Assembly: GCA_965219455.1 (NCBI GenBank)
Contig: OZ244744.1
Location: 5,504,001-5,568,000, forward strand
Length of the DNA: 64,000 nucleotides
From: Candidatus Latescibacterota bacterium
GTDB taxonomy: Bacteria > Latescibacterota > UBA2968 > GCA-2709665
Direction of reading: 5' to 3'
Below are positions 31,406-40,982 of this stretch, piece by piece. The stretch's first letter is position 1. Every line of letters starts with the position of its first letter. Position numbers and translations under genes: made by a program. Under the pieces are notes generated by a model. It had not been told where the DNA came from and did no database searches. It saw nothing but the letters and a program-made list of their open reading frames with translations.

Positions 31406-32304
31406 TCTCCGTCTCCTTCCGTTTCGTCCTCCAGATCGGCATGGGCAAGATCCATTCCCGTCATCTTGAAAAACACATCCTCCAGACTGCCCCTCACGCA
31501 GCCGGCGCGGACCTTCAGTTCGTCGACGGTGCCCATGGCGATAAACCTGCCATGGTGGATAATCGAAACCCGGTTGCACACCCGTTCCGCCTCGTCCATG
31601 TCGTGGGTCGTTAACAAAACCGTCGCTTCATGGCGTTCGCGAATCCCCATGACATAATCCTGCACCTGGCGCTTTGATACCGGGTCCAATCCCGTCGTCG
31701 GCTCGTCCATCAGCAGTAGAACGGGCGACGTAAAAAGCGCTCGGGCCACTGCCACCTTCTGTTGCATTCCGCGCGAAAGGTCCTCCATAGGCTGGTCGAT
31801 CCGGTCGTCTCCGAAACCCATTTCCGCCAGAATCGCCTCGGCCTTCCTGCGCCCCTCACGCACCGGAACTCCGTACAACCTGGCCGCGTAACTCAGGTTC
31901 TCCCACGCCGAGAGTTTCTTGAAAAAGGCCGCGTCCACGGACACCCGATTTATGAGACGCTTCACCCGCATCGCATCCCGTTCGACGTGCAGCCCAAAAA
32001 CGCGCGCCTCGCCGCTGTCGGGATAGACCAGGGTCGAGAGGATACGAATCAGTGTCGACTTTCCCGAGCCGTTCGGACCCAGAATACCGAAAATTTCCCC
32101 GCGTTGCACTTCAAACCCAACCCGGTCAACCGCTAAAATCTCTCTGCGACGGCGCCTGAAGCGTCCCAGGAATCCTTTCGTCCTGCCCGTCTCGTTGTCG
32201 GGCACCCGGAAGGCCTTGGTCAGATCCGTCGCCTGAACCGCAGGCGCGTCATAATCGATATCCAACGCGGCTAGCCCTTTCCCAGCAGCGGCCGGAGCCC
32301 ACAC
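31402..32304 (-). CDS. ABC transporter ATP-binding protein
   Basis: GPNGSGKST, LSRGMQQ, MDEPTTGLD, TTH. Confidence 0.92.
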   Translation of the reverse strand: MWAPAAAGKGLAALDIDYDAPAVQATDLTKAFRVPDNETGRTKGFLGRFRRRRREILAVDRVGFEVQRGEIFGILGPNGSGKSTLIRILSTLVYPDSGEARVFGLHVERDAMRVKRLINRVSVDAAFFKKLSAWENLSYAARLYGVPVREGRRKAEAILAEMGFGDDRIDQPMEDLSRGMQQKVAVARALFTSPVLLLMDEPTTGLDPVSKRQVQDYVMGIRERHEATVLLTTHDMDEAERVCNRVSIIHHGRFIAMGTVDELKVRAGCVRGSLEDVFFKMTGMDLAHADLEDETEGDGE

Positions 32305-32628
32305 CCCAATTCTCCAACGCCGAACGGAGTCTGAATCGGATTTCTCCGGTCTCTACGGTGTCGACAGATGAGGAACAATGCAGCCGCCGTGAATTTAAGG
32401 TTGGAAACAAATAAGGATGCGCCTTCGCGCATCCTGGTAAGTACCGGCGTTACGTCATCCGTAACATCCGAACCGCTCCATGTACGCCCTCAGAATCCCA
32501 TTTTTTTGTTGGCATCGCCTTCCCCGGCGGGGAACGCCAATTGCGCCCGGTCGACGACGCGCGGCGGACACACCGATACGCAGGTGATACACCCATCCGG
32601 ACGCCGACCCGAAAACGCACTTGCGCGC

Positions 32629-33066
32629 TCAGCGTCCTTTCTGCCCATCGTAGGAATTCTGTCCCGTGACTTCCGTTGATACCGGCAATCCCGAATCTCG
32701 CCATCCGGAAATCTCCACCATCCCTGTTCCGGGATTAACCTTACCCCCGAAGCCTCCGACAACATTTACAACATTCGTGTACCCGGCCTTATCCAGCATC
32801 TCAGCCGCGTATTGTGAACGGATACCCGACTGGCAGCCACAGTAGATTCTTGTCTCCCTGTTCAGCACGCGTTCCACCACGGCCTGAAAATCCGGGTTGG
32901 GCATCATGCCGCCGGCCGGACTTTGAAAAGCCACCGGAATATTGATTGCGCCCTCGGGGTGCCCATGGGCGAATTCCGACTCCGTCCGCACATCGAGATA
33001 AACCGCATCTGCGTCGCCGTCCATTCCCGCGTGCGCATCTGCGGGCAATAGCTGCTCAATTTGCAT
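32629..33066 (-). CDS. Rhodanese-like domain protein
   Basis: LDVRTESEF..GHPEGAINIP, CQSGIRS. Confidence 0.9.
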   Translation of the reverse strand: MQIEQLLPADAHAGMDGDADAVYLDVRTESEFAHGHPEGAINIPVAFQSPAGGMMPNPDFQAVVERVLNRETRIYCGCQSGIRSQYAAEMLDKAGYTNVVNVVGGFGGKVNPGTGMVEISGWRDSGLPVSTEVTGQNSYDGQKGR

Positions 33067-33214
33067 ATATGAACCCTCCTTTAATCCTCGTCCAGGGCCG
33101 CACCAGGGCGCCCGATCGAAGCCGTCGTGGCGCTCGGACGCGCCTCACGATCCTGTGGGTTTCGGCTACGTCAAATATAGGCCGTTCTACCCCGTACCGC
33201 AAGTATCTCCAGCC

Positions 33215-35125
33215 TTAACCGTCGAAATCCCGGAGGTCCACCTGGCAGACCTCGAATCCGGCGGCATAATACAGCGTGCGGTCCACGATGCGTAAGTATT
33301 CTCCCTCACCCTCGATCAATGGCGTGAATTCAACCTCGTGATCGAACACCTGTATCCGACCGATCTTTCCCCCGGCCGACGTCCACAGTGAACCCGTGGC
33401 CCTATCCAGCGCCACCTCCCGGCATCCGGACGGCGCCGGCCCCAGGGCGCGCAATACCCCCTCGCTGGCTTTCCAGGCGTAGAGCGTATTGCGTTGAACG
33501 GCAAGTACCTCTTCCGACGGCAGGACGGCCATTACCCTGGCGGCGCCTTCGCCTTCGTCAATGGCCTGGGTACGGATGACTTCCAGCCTGTCCATATCGA
33601 ATGCCACCAACTGGCCGGTCGTCTGAGTGGGCGGCGCGGAATTCGCATCGGCATAGATTTCCGTTGAACAGTAGACACGGCGGCGGTTCGAATCGACCAG
33701 CACGGAATTTACCTTCTGGTCCCGCACTAAATGCCGCCAGATCCGGATCTCGCCGGTCTGCGGATCGATCCGGCTGAGCGCGCCGCCGAGATGTCCGTAC
33801 TCCGGACTGGTGGACATCCAGACGTACCGCCCGTCGTGCACGAGGCCCGTGGGTCTCATCTGGCCTTCCTGTTGCGCGCTGGCCAGTACACGCGGGTTGC
33901 GGGGCCAGTCCAAAGGCGCCCCGGGATCGAACCCGGTTACCGACGACGTCGTATAGCTGCTCTGCAGAACGCGCTGCGTGATTGGCTCCCAGATGATCTG
34001 GTTGATCTGCCCCCCGCCCGGCGCCGCGCGTCCGCAGTCCATTCCTTCTCCCGTTTCCATGTCGATCATCCAGAACCGCTGGTTGATGAACGGAGCACCA
34101 AAGATCATCTTCCTGTCAGGTACGGGACACAGCGCGTGCGCGGCCATGGGACCGGTGGATTCCAGATCGATACGGTCGGTCCGCCCCGTCCGTGTGTCGT
34201 ATCGGAGCGCAATGCCGGACAGCGTCACGCCGGCCACCGCGGTTTCGGCCCACGGATGTAATGTTGTTGGTCCGCCCTCCGACCAACCCTCCGCAGCAAC
34301 CTCCCATTTTTCCGCCTCGCGGTCCAGGGCATAAAGCGTGCCGTCCGCAGCGCTGTACGCATAAAGACGGCCGTCCACGACACAGGCCTTTCCACCCAGC
34401 CCCCCGTGCTCGGGACGCTCGATCCTCTGTTTCAATTCAAAACCCGGATACGCCATGAAATGGAGTTCGCCCCGAACAAATGCCGCAAGGGTCCAGTCGT
34501 CCCAGAAAAAAGCGTCGGACGTGGAACCCACGCCCTGGATGTTTTCAGGGGTGTGGGATTCCGCGGACATGGTTTCCAGGTTCAGCAATACCAGCCGCGC
34601 CTGCGGTACGTCGATGGCGAGCAGGACCCGGCCGTCCGGCGCCTCCACGACGTTGTGGCCGTAGAGCGCGGTCGGATGTTCCGTATCGATGGGCCGAAAG
34701 ACCTTCACCAGCCGCGACTCCCGCCAGTCGTACACGCCCACGTGCCCGGGCGATGCCTCCCAGACTGCATACCGGTCGGTCACGCAGCCGCCCCACGTTA
34801 TGGACGTCAATTCGCCGGTTACCAGATTCTCAAAACTATCCGAAACCGGATCGTACCGGATCAGGTCCCCATTCCCGCAGCCCAGATAGAGGCGGCCGTC
34901 GGCAGCGGTTCTCACCATATAAGCACCGGGTATACCTCCCGGGAGTTCCCGCATCCCCCTGGATCCGGTGTCGGGATTCCAGAAATAGATCCGTCCGCCC
35001 GAACTCCCTCCCCAGATGCTGCTCACCAGATGGACGTCTCCGCGAAACTGAACTTTTGCCACCTCGGCGTTTATAAATGGCATGCGGCTGTGGGGAATAG
35101 CATAGCGTTTAATGGAAGCCATCAC
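33215..35125 (-). CDS. Hypothetical beta-propeller protein
   Basis: 636-aa ORF with repeated beta-rich blades (YDP, DG.LY patterns). Confidence 0.6.
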   Translation of the reverse strand: MMASIKRYAIPHSRMPFINAEVAKVQFRGDVHLVSSIWGGSSGGRIYFWNPDTGSRGMRELPGGIPGAYMVRTAADGRLYLGCGNGDLIRYDPVSDSFENLVTGELTSITWGGCVTDRYAVWEASPGHVGVYDWRESRLVKVFRPIDTEHPTALYGHNVVEAPDGRVLLAIDVPQARLVLLNLETMSAESHTPENIQGVGSTSDAFFWDDWTLAAFVRGELHFMAYPGFELKQRIERPEHGGLGGKACVVDGRLYAYSAADGTLYALDREAEKWEVAAEGWSEGGPTTLHPWAETAVAGVTLSGIALRYDTRTGRTDRIDLESTGPMAAHALCPVPDRKMIFGAPFINQRFWMIDMETGEGMDCGRAAPGGGQINQIIWEPITQRVLQSSYTTSSVTGFDPGAPLDWPRNPRVLASAQQEGQMRPTGLVHDGRYVWMSTSPEYGHLGGALSRIDPQTGEIRIWRHLVRDQKVNSVLVDSNRRRVYCSTEIYADANSAPPTQTTGQLVAFDMDRLEVIRTQAIDEGEGAARVMAVLPSEEVLAVQRNTLYAWKASEGVLRALGPAPSGCREVALDRATGSLWTSAGGKIGRIQVFDHEVEFTPLIEGEGEYLRIVDRTLYYAAGFEVCQVDLRDFDG

Positions 35126-35250
35126 CCCTCCGATAAATCATAAGGGTTTGGTTGTAGCCTGCGGAAAATATCCGGAGATACGAACAAAAAAAAGAGTTCG
35201 ATATCTGTAACTGACTGTGGCGTACGCTTCTAAAGGTTTTCTTTCTTGTG

Positions 35251-35868
35251 CTACTCGATATGCCTTCGCACTTCGATGACCTTTCCCAGGATGGAAAACG
35301 GCTCTCCATCCTCGCTGGGGATGATGGATTCGAAGGCTTCGTTCTCCGGGCGCAGTTCGATGCGACCGGCTTGCTCCCGGTATCTTTTAACCGTTGCTTC
35401 CTCGCCAACCATGGCGACGACAATGTCTCCCGATCTGGCAGCCTGCTGTCGACGAACAATTACGATATCGCCGTGCAGGATGCCCGCCCTGCGCATACTG
35501 TCCCCCTGTACCGTGAGGGCGAAGAGTTCGCTGCCTTCATAGCGGGATTGCTGCACGGGAAGATAGTCTTCCGGACTCTGAATGGCCGCAGTCAGGTCTC
35601 CCGCCTGGACCCGCCCCAACACGGGGATCAGATGGGAGGAACGCCCCCTCCCCATCTTCGGCAGCCGGTGTGACCTGGCCTTACCGGAATCCTTGACCAG
35701 TTTGCCCTCCAGAACCAGTGCCTCCAGATGCTGGCGAGCCGACTGAACCGCCCGGAATCCGAACGCTTTCTGCACCTCCCGCGTGCTGGGCGGGGTTCCG
35801 TTGAGAATCCTCTCCCTGACGAACTTATAGATTTTTTCCCGCGTCTGTCCGGGCGGCGTGTAAGCCAT
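35251..35868 (-). CDS. lexA: LexA repressor
   Basis: N-terminal wHTH, Ala-Gly cleavage site (VQAG), GDSM (Ser), ATVKR (Lys); ATG 35868. Confidence 0.9.
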   Translation of the reverse strand: MAYTPPGQTREKIYKFVRERILNGTPPSTREVQKAFGFRAVQSARQHLEALVLEGKLVKDSGKARSHRLPKMGRGRSSHLIPVLGRVQAGDLTAAIQSPEDYLPVQQSRYEGSELFALTVQGDSMRRAGILHGDIVIVRRQQAARSGDIVVAMVGEEATVKRYREQAGRIELRPENEAFESIIPSEDGEPFSILGKVIEVRRHIE

Positions 35869-35931
35869 GGTGCACTCTTCGAATCGGTGGACTATTGGGA
35901 AACGGGGAACAAATAAGGACCAGCAAAAAAC

Positions 35932-35953
35932 AGACAAATATCTGTCTTGTCAA
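35932..35953 (-). promoter_or_regulatory. Candidate lexA -35 box and autoregulatory operator
   Basis: TTGACA at 35953-35948 immediately followed by the palindrome AGACA-N6-TGTCT (35932-35947). Confidence 0.5.
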
Positions 35954-36039
35954 GGGTTTTTTCGCAAATTGGACTTTCCGAAAGGCATTGAATTCACATG
36001 GATAGGATGAACAGGATTCAGGGTTTTGGGGTCGTATGT

Positions 36040-36290
36040 GGGAAGGTGGGGCAGACATTCCTGTCTGCCCTTCTCATCGACCTTCTGCCGGAATGCAGAC
36101 GGAAGAAAGGATTGCGCCGCCTTTATCGCGTAGGGGCGACCGGCCGGTCGCCCCTACAACCACCGCGATTCGATCATATCAACCCCGGCACAGGATTCTG
36201 AGGTTTCGGTTTCATGGATGTGAGCAGACAGGAATGTCCGCTCCACCATCTCAAGCCTCTTCTTGATGGTTCGCTTGAGCGCATCAATAG
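36040..36290. repeat. REP/REPIN-like composite block (copy 1)
   Basis: Perfect 28-bp palindrome GTAGGGGCGACCGGCCGGTCGCCCCTAC (36130-36157) plus GGCAGACATTCCTGTCTGCC and its inverse; homologous to 53370-53700. Confidence 0.8.
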
Positions 36291-36349
36291 CCGCTCCGTG
36301 TTCCGATTCCACGGGTGACCCCTGTGCGCCAACCGGTGGTGCGCCTCGT

Positions 36350-37381
36350 TCATTTCGTTTCCGATGATTCGGTCGCGTTGTCTGAGGCTGTTGTTGGTGC
36401 GGTGGGGGCGTCCCCCTTCTCTCCCGTTGGCGATTCTTCGCTTATGCTGCCCGTGTCCACAGGCTCTGATTGCGGGGCACGTAATCGAGTGAGCTTTTCC
36501 TTAAGCGCCGACCAGAGCCCGGACAGGCCAACCTGCTGTCGCGATGCCGGGGTCTCTTCGTCCTGATCGTCTCCCTCCACATCGGTATCTTCGGTAATCG
36601 CCTCCTCGCTGCAATCGGCCTCCGGGGCGTAGAGCAACACGGTGGTATTGTCCTGGTAGGGACGTTCCGCGGCTTCCACGGCATGGATCAGCGCGCCTGC
36701 GACGTCGTCGAGTGACGCGTCGCCTTGATCGTCAAGAATTCGCTCGATCTCCTCATCCCCGAGGGTCATCAGGCCGTCGCTTGCCAGCAGGAGTCGATCT
36801 GTTTTCCGGACCGCAACCGGCTGGGACGAGACGTCAACCAGGTGGATCTCCTCGCCCATCACCGCGGACCGCAGCGCATGCCGGTTGGAATCCGTGGCCG
36901 CCTGCTCAGCGGTCATGCGACCGGCCGCCACCAGGCTGGCCAGTACCGGCGCCATGGAATGATCGGCATTGAGGCGGCGCAACCGGCCGTCTCGGAACAG
37001 CCACAGCGGGGAATCCCCCACGCTGATCCAGTCGATTCCATCGCGCGAAATCACCGCCACGACCACCGTGGACCCCATCCCCTTCATTTCGGGGTTTTCG
37101 CTCGTCGCGTCGGCGAGGGCGTCGTTGGCGGCGGCAAGGCAGGCGCGCAGACGATCCGGGATCGGTCCATCCGTGGCGGGATAGGTTTCCACGAACGTCT
37201 TGACAACGGTCCTGCTGGCCGTGTCGCCGCTCACGTGCCCCCCCATCCCGTCGGCGAGCACCAGCACCTCGCCGCCGTCCGCGTCGGATTCATCCCGCTC
37301 GATCAGGCCGTAATCGTCCTCCTGGTATTCCCGGCCGCCGGGAATCTGCCGCGCGGCGAATCGTCCTTCCAATCGGTTCAT
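36350..37381 (-). CDS. PP2C-family Ser/Thr phosphatase (copy 1)
   Basis: REYQED, LADGMGGH, VGDS, ASDGL, QDNTT; acidic disordered tail. Confidence 0.93.
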   Translation of the reverse strand: MNRLEGRFAARQIPGGREYQEDDYGLIERDESDADGGEVLVLADGMGGHVSGDTASRTVVKTFVETYPATDGPIPDRLRACLAAANDALADATSENPEMKGMGSTVVVAVISRDGIDWISVGDSPLWLFRDGRLRRLNADHSMAPVLASLVAAGRMTAEQAATDSNRHALRSAVMGEEIHLVDVSSQPVAVRKTDRLLLASDGLMTLGDEEIERILDDQGDASLDDVAGALIHAVEAAERPYQDNTTVLLYAPEADCSEEAITEDTDVEGDDQDEETPASRQQVGLSGLWSALKEKLTRLRAPQSEPVDTGSISEESPTGEKGDAPTAPTTASDNATESSETK

Positions 37382-38001
37382 GGTATTCCTCCATGCAAGC
37401 GAAATACGACGGGCATCTCATCGAGCATATCCTGTCAATATGGTGCAATGCGGTATCCGTCTTCTTGATGCTCTAGGATCTGCTCCATTTTTCTATCCAC
37501 TACCCTTTAATGCAACTCCACTACAACTTCCAGGGCCTATCACGGACGATCGAAATTTGTGCGGAAGACCAATTTGGACGGTCAGCCGAATTCTCAGGTT
37601 TCGTTCTGTAGGGGAAAAGGTTTTAAGTTTTTAGTTAAGTATTAGGCATTGTTCGGTAAAATTCATGCGTTGAATGAGCCATTTGGATGGTATGGTCCAA
37701 ATGGTGGATGTGCCATTATTCTCGTCCTGCGGACGTTGTAACACAACCAAAGTCTTGAAGCACCTCGTAAGTGTCAGCGAGGGGGTAGAGGACGTCCGCA
37801 CTATCATTGTCGCGGCAGGCTCTGCACGCAGGCTCCATATCTGGTGATCCTAACGTGTGTGGGCGGAATTGAAGGTTTTGGGGAATTATCCTGTCTACGC
37901 TGTTTATCCATTTCTATCGATTTTTCGTTGAAGTCCAGGATTTTTGGGTTTTGCACTTTGCTTCAAGCTGAATGCTGTAAGCTGTACGCTGACAGCTTTT
38001 T

Positions 38002-40626
38002 TTATGGCGTAAGCGTCCGGGCAATACGGAAACCGACGTTGTGGAGCCGCCCCCCGGTGTAGCTCCTGAAGCGATACGCGGCGCGGAGGATCCCGGGATC
38101 GACGTTGTACCACGAGCCGCCGCGCAATACCCGCTTCGCACAATCGCCCCCCTCCCAGGCTGACCCATCCGCAGGGGCGCCCGTATAGCTGTTGTTCCAG
38201 CAATCCTCAACCCACTCCCATACGTTCCCATGCACGTCATGCAGTCCCCACGCATTGGCCCAAAACGAACCCGCAGGCGCCGTCTTTTCATCGTCCCAGC
38301 GGCTACCGCAACCGTCGCAGTTGGCACGGTTGTGTCCAATCTCATCGCCCCAGTGATATCGCGTCGTTGTCCCGGCACGCGCCACGTACTCCCATTCCGC
38401 CTCACTCAACAAGCGATACGTCTTGTCCGTCCGTCGTGACAACCACCGCACATACGACTGCGCGTCATCCCAACTCACGTTGATCACGGGGCGGTTCCCG
38501 CGGCCCCATCCACTATCGTCCGGGACGTACCCGCCGCAACCTCCGGCATTCGCGCAAGCGTCCCATTCCGCAAACGTAACCTCGTACACACCCACCGCAA
38601 ACCGATAATCGATCCTTACGCGATGACGGGGTCGCTCGTCATCGAACCCCTCGCCACTATGGGACCCCATCATGAACGAGCCCGACGGCACCACCACCAT
38701 CTCCGGGCATTCTGCACAGACCATGAATTTTCCGCCTACTGTCCCGCTCAGCCGCTGGGCCTTACGCGCTGCCGACAGACGTCTTTCGAATCCGGACAAC
38801 ACTGAATCATCCACGTTAACCGCGCGTAGAGAATCCACGTAGCCATCTGCCTTGTCAAACGCCTCTTCTTCCAGGGTTTTCTCAAACATCCCTTTATACC
38901 GCTCAATCTTAGCCTGACGAAGGCGTTCCGCCTCCTCGGCGGCCAGACGCGCCCGTTCCACTTTCAGTCTTCGTGCCTCCACCTCACGCGCCGCCAACAA
39001 GCGATCTTCCAACCCCAACAACACGGGCGCAGATGCATTGACGGAACGCAGCGATTCCACGTACCTGACCGCTGTATCGAAATCCTTCCGGTCGAGCGAT
39101 TCCTCGAATTTTCGTTTGAAATCCACCACTTTGGCCAGGCGACGACGTTCCGCCTCCTCGGCGGCCAGCCGCGCATCTTGCTCCGCCTGCCGACGACGCT
39201 GTTCCGCCAGACGCGACGCCGATACGCGATCTTGCAACCCTGGCAATACGGGCGCATCTGCCCACACACCCCGTACCCGGGACACGTACTCATCCGCCTT
39301 GTCGAACTGCTTGGCGCGCAACGACGCATCAAACTTCGTCACGTAACGGCCGATTACGCTGTCCAGACCCGCGCTCGCTTCCTTATGGCCCGGCGCCAGG
39401 GCCAATACCGCCTGATACTTCTCCCACGCGTTGTTCCCCGCGGGACTCGTCAGCCGGTCCCGCGCCAGGTCTTCACCAGCGCCCGACAACAAAGCCGACA
39501 TCTGTTTAGCAGCTTCTCCTTCCAGCGCCAGGCGGAGCTGCTCCGGGCGATGGATGTTTTCATAGTAATAATAGCCCCCTCCCATCAGAAGCGCCAACAC
39601 GCACGCCACGGCGGCGAAAACCGGCCACTTGCGTTTCCCGGCCTGCCTCACGCGTGAACCATCAACCGTTGTGCGCTGCCGTGACCTCGGTGGGCGACCC
39701 TTTTCGGGCCTGACGACCGGCCGCGGTTTCTTCGCGCTGTCCGGCGTCTTTCCGGAAAGCGCAGTACGCCACGCGGCCACGCTCTGCGGGCGGTCCCCCT
39801 CATCCACCTTCAACGCCAGATCTATCGCCACAAGAAAACCGGCGCTCGCCTGACCCGCGCAACGCTCGGCCACCGGATCCAGCGGATCATTGCGCACCCG
39901 ATCCGTTGCATCGTCAGGGACGTGACCCGTCAATGCGTGGTAGCACACTGCGCCCAGCGCATAGATATCCGTCCAGGGTCCCTGGTCGCCGCGACTGGAA
40001 TACTGCTCGATGGGCGCGTAACCCGGCGTGATGATCGACGTGACAGACCGGCTGCGCGCCCCGATCGCCTGACGCGCCGCGCCGAAGTCCAGCAGCACCG
40101 GCGACCTGTCCTCGTCACGGATGATGATATTGCCAGGCTTGACGTCGCGGTGCAGAAAATTGGCCTCGTGGACCTCCTCCAGACCGTCCAGAATCGGAAA
40201 CAGAATGGCCTTAAGATCGGCTTCGCCCAACGTCTTACTGCGTTTGAGGAATTCCGACAGGGTCTCCCCCTCGGCGTATTCCATAACGATATACGCCGTG
40301 CCGTGCGCCTTAAAAAAACGAAACACTTTGATGATATGCCGGTGATCGAACCGGGCAAGGGTGCGCGCTTCGTCCAGGAATCGTTCCAGGCCCCACTCGA
40401 AGTCACCCAGAAACTGGCTCGCCTTCGGGACCACGCTGTTGTCGTCCGTGCGCGCGGCAATGTCGTCCGGCAGGAATTCCTTCACCGCGACCCCTTTGTC
40501 CAGGTTGTGGTCAAAACCCAGATACGTCATGCCGAAACCGCCGAAGCCCAGCACTCTCATCAGTTCGTATTCCTGCAGCCGATAACCCTGCGGCAGCGCG
40601 TTGAGCGGGTGTTGAGCGTCGTTCAA
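38002..40626 (-). CDS. Receptor-like Ser/Thr kinase - TM - helical stalk - FGE-sulfatase/CLec domain (K1, DGR target)
   Basis: GFGGFG, VAVKE, HRDVKPGN, DFG, YAPIE; TM WPVFAAVACVLALLMGGG; RLLSEAEWEY, GNVWEW, RGGSW...GFRIAR; TTG start. Confidence 0.93.
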   Translation of the reverse strand: MNDAQHPLNALPQGYRLQEYELMRVLGFGGFGMTYLGFDHNLDKGVAVKEFLPDDIAARTDDNSVVPKASQFLGDFEWGLERFLDEARTLARFDHRHIIKVFRFFKAHGTAYIVMEYAEGETLSEFLKRSKTLGEADLKAILFPILDGLEEVHEANFLHRDVKPGNIIIRDEDRSPVLLDFGAARQAIGARSRSVTSIITPGYAPIEQYSSRGDQGPWTDIYALGAVCYHALTGHVPDDATDRVRNDPLDPVAERCAGQASAGFLVAIDLALKVDEGDRPQSVAAWRTALSGKTPDSAKKPRPVVRPEKGRPPRSRQRTTVDGSRVRQAGKRKWPVFAAVACVLALLMGGGYYYYENIHRPEQLRLALEGEAAKQMSALLSGAGEDLARDRLTSPAGNNAWEKYQAVLALAPGHKEASAGLDSVIGRYVTKFDASLRAKQFDKADEYVSRVRGVWADAPVLPGLQDRVSASRLAEQRRRQAEQDARLAAEEAERRRLAKVVDFKRKFEESLDRKDFDTAVRYVESLRSVNASAPVLLGLEDRLLAAREVEARRLKVERARLAAEEAERLRQAKIERYKGMFEKTLEEEAFDKADGYVDSLRAVNVDDSVLSGFERRLSAARKAQRLSGTVGGKFMVCAECPEMVVVPSGSFMMGSHSGEGFDDERPRHRVRIDYRFAVGVYEVTFAEWDACANAGGCGGYVPDDSGWGRGNRPVINVSWDDAQSYVRWLSRRTDKTYRLLSEAEWEYVARAGTTTRYHWGDEIGHNRANCDGCGSRWDDEKTAPAGSFWANAWGLHDVHGNVWEWVEDCWNNSYTGAPADGSAWEGGDCAKRVLRGGSWYNVDPGILRAAYRFRSYTGGRLHNVGFRIARTLTP
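38018..38135 (-). repeat. DGR variable repeat VR1 (not cognate with the local TR)
   Basis: Homologous to the TR but with a 3-nt insertion and about 12 non-adenine differences. Confidence 0.7.
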
Positions 40627-40734
40627 GGTGGTAACCTCAATGCGTGGTCAATTGCAAAACCAATCCAGGGAGGGCAAGAGTGTCCGCCTGCATTCTTTAA
40701 CGATAGCTACAGCCACAGTTGCAACGGAAGCCGC

Positions 40735-40840
40735 GGGAGATTCTTCGACTCCGCTCAGAATGACATGCTTTGCAGTAACCATTGGTGAACTGTGTCCGTC
40801 ACGTGTCGGCACAAACTGTCAGGCTGAGGAAGCCTGCAGG
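40735..40840. repeat. CTCAGAATGACA / TGTCATGCTGAG intergenic repeat
   Basis: 40735-40810 is identical (76 bp) to 59601-59676; related pieces at about 43720-43795, 59445-59860 and 63885-64000. Confidence 0.8.
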
Positions 40841-40982
40841 GGGGAGAAATCGGGTGCGAAGGCGCTTTCTCGCGGGGTTCTCCAAGAGCGCCACAGACGC
40901 GCGGGTTTATTCGCTTTTCGGTTTTGCCGTTCGCTCTTTGCTTCAAGCTGTCTGCTGACGGCTGAACGCTGACAGCTTGTTT

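Noticed and set aside
35251-36350. SOS control of the DGR island because lexA is adjacent
   Set aside because: Adjacency only; I did not find the candidate box upstream of island genes by eye
38002-38700. Formylglycine-generating enzyme activity
   Set aside because: The catalytic Cys pair region is occupied by the variable repeat; the domain is best read as a CLec binding fold
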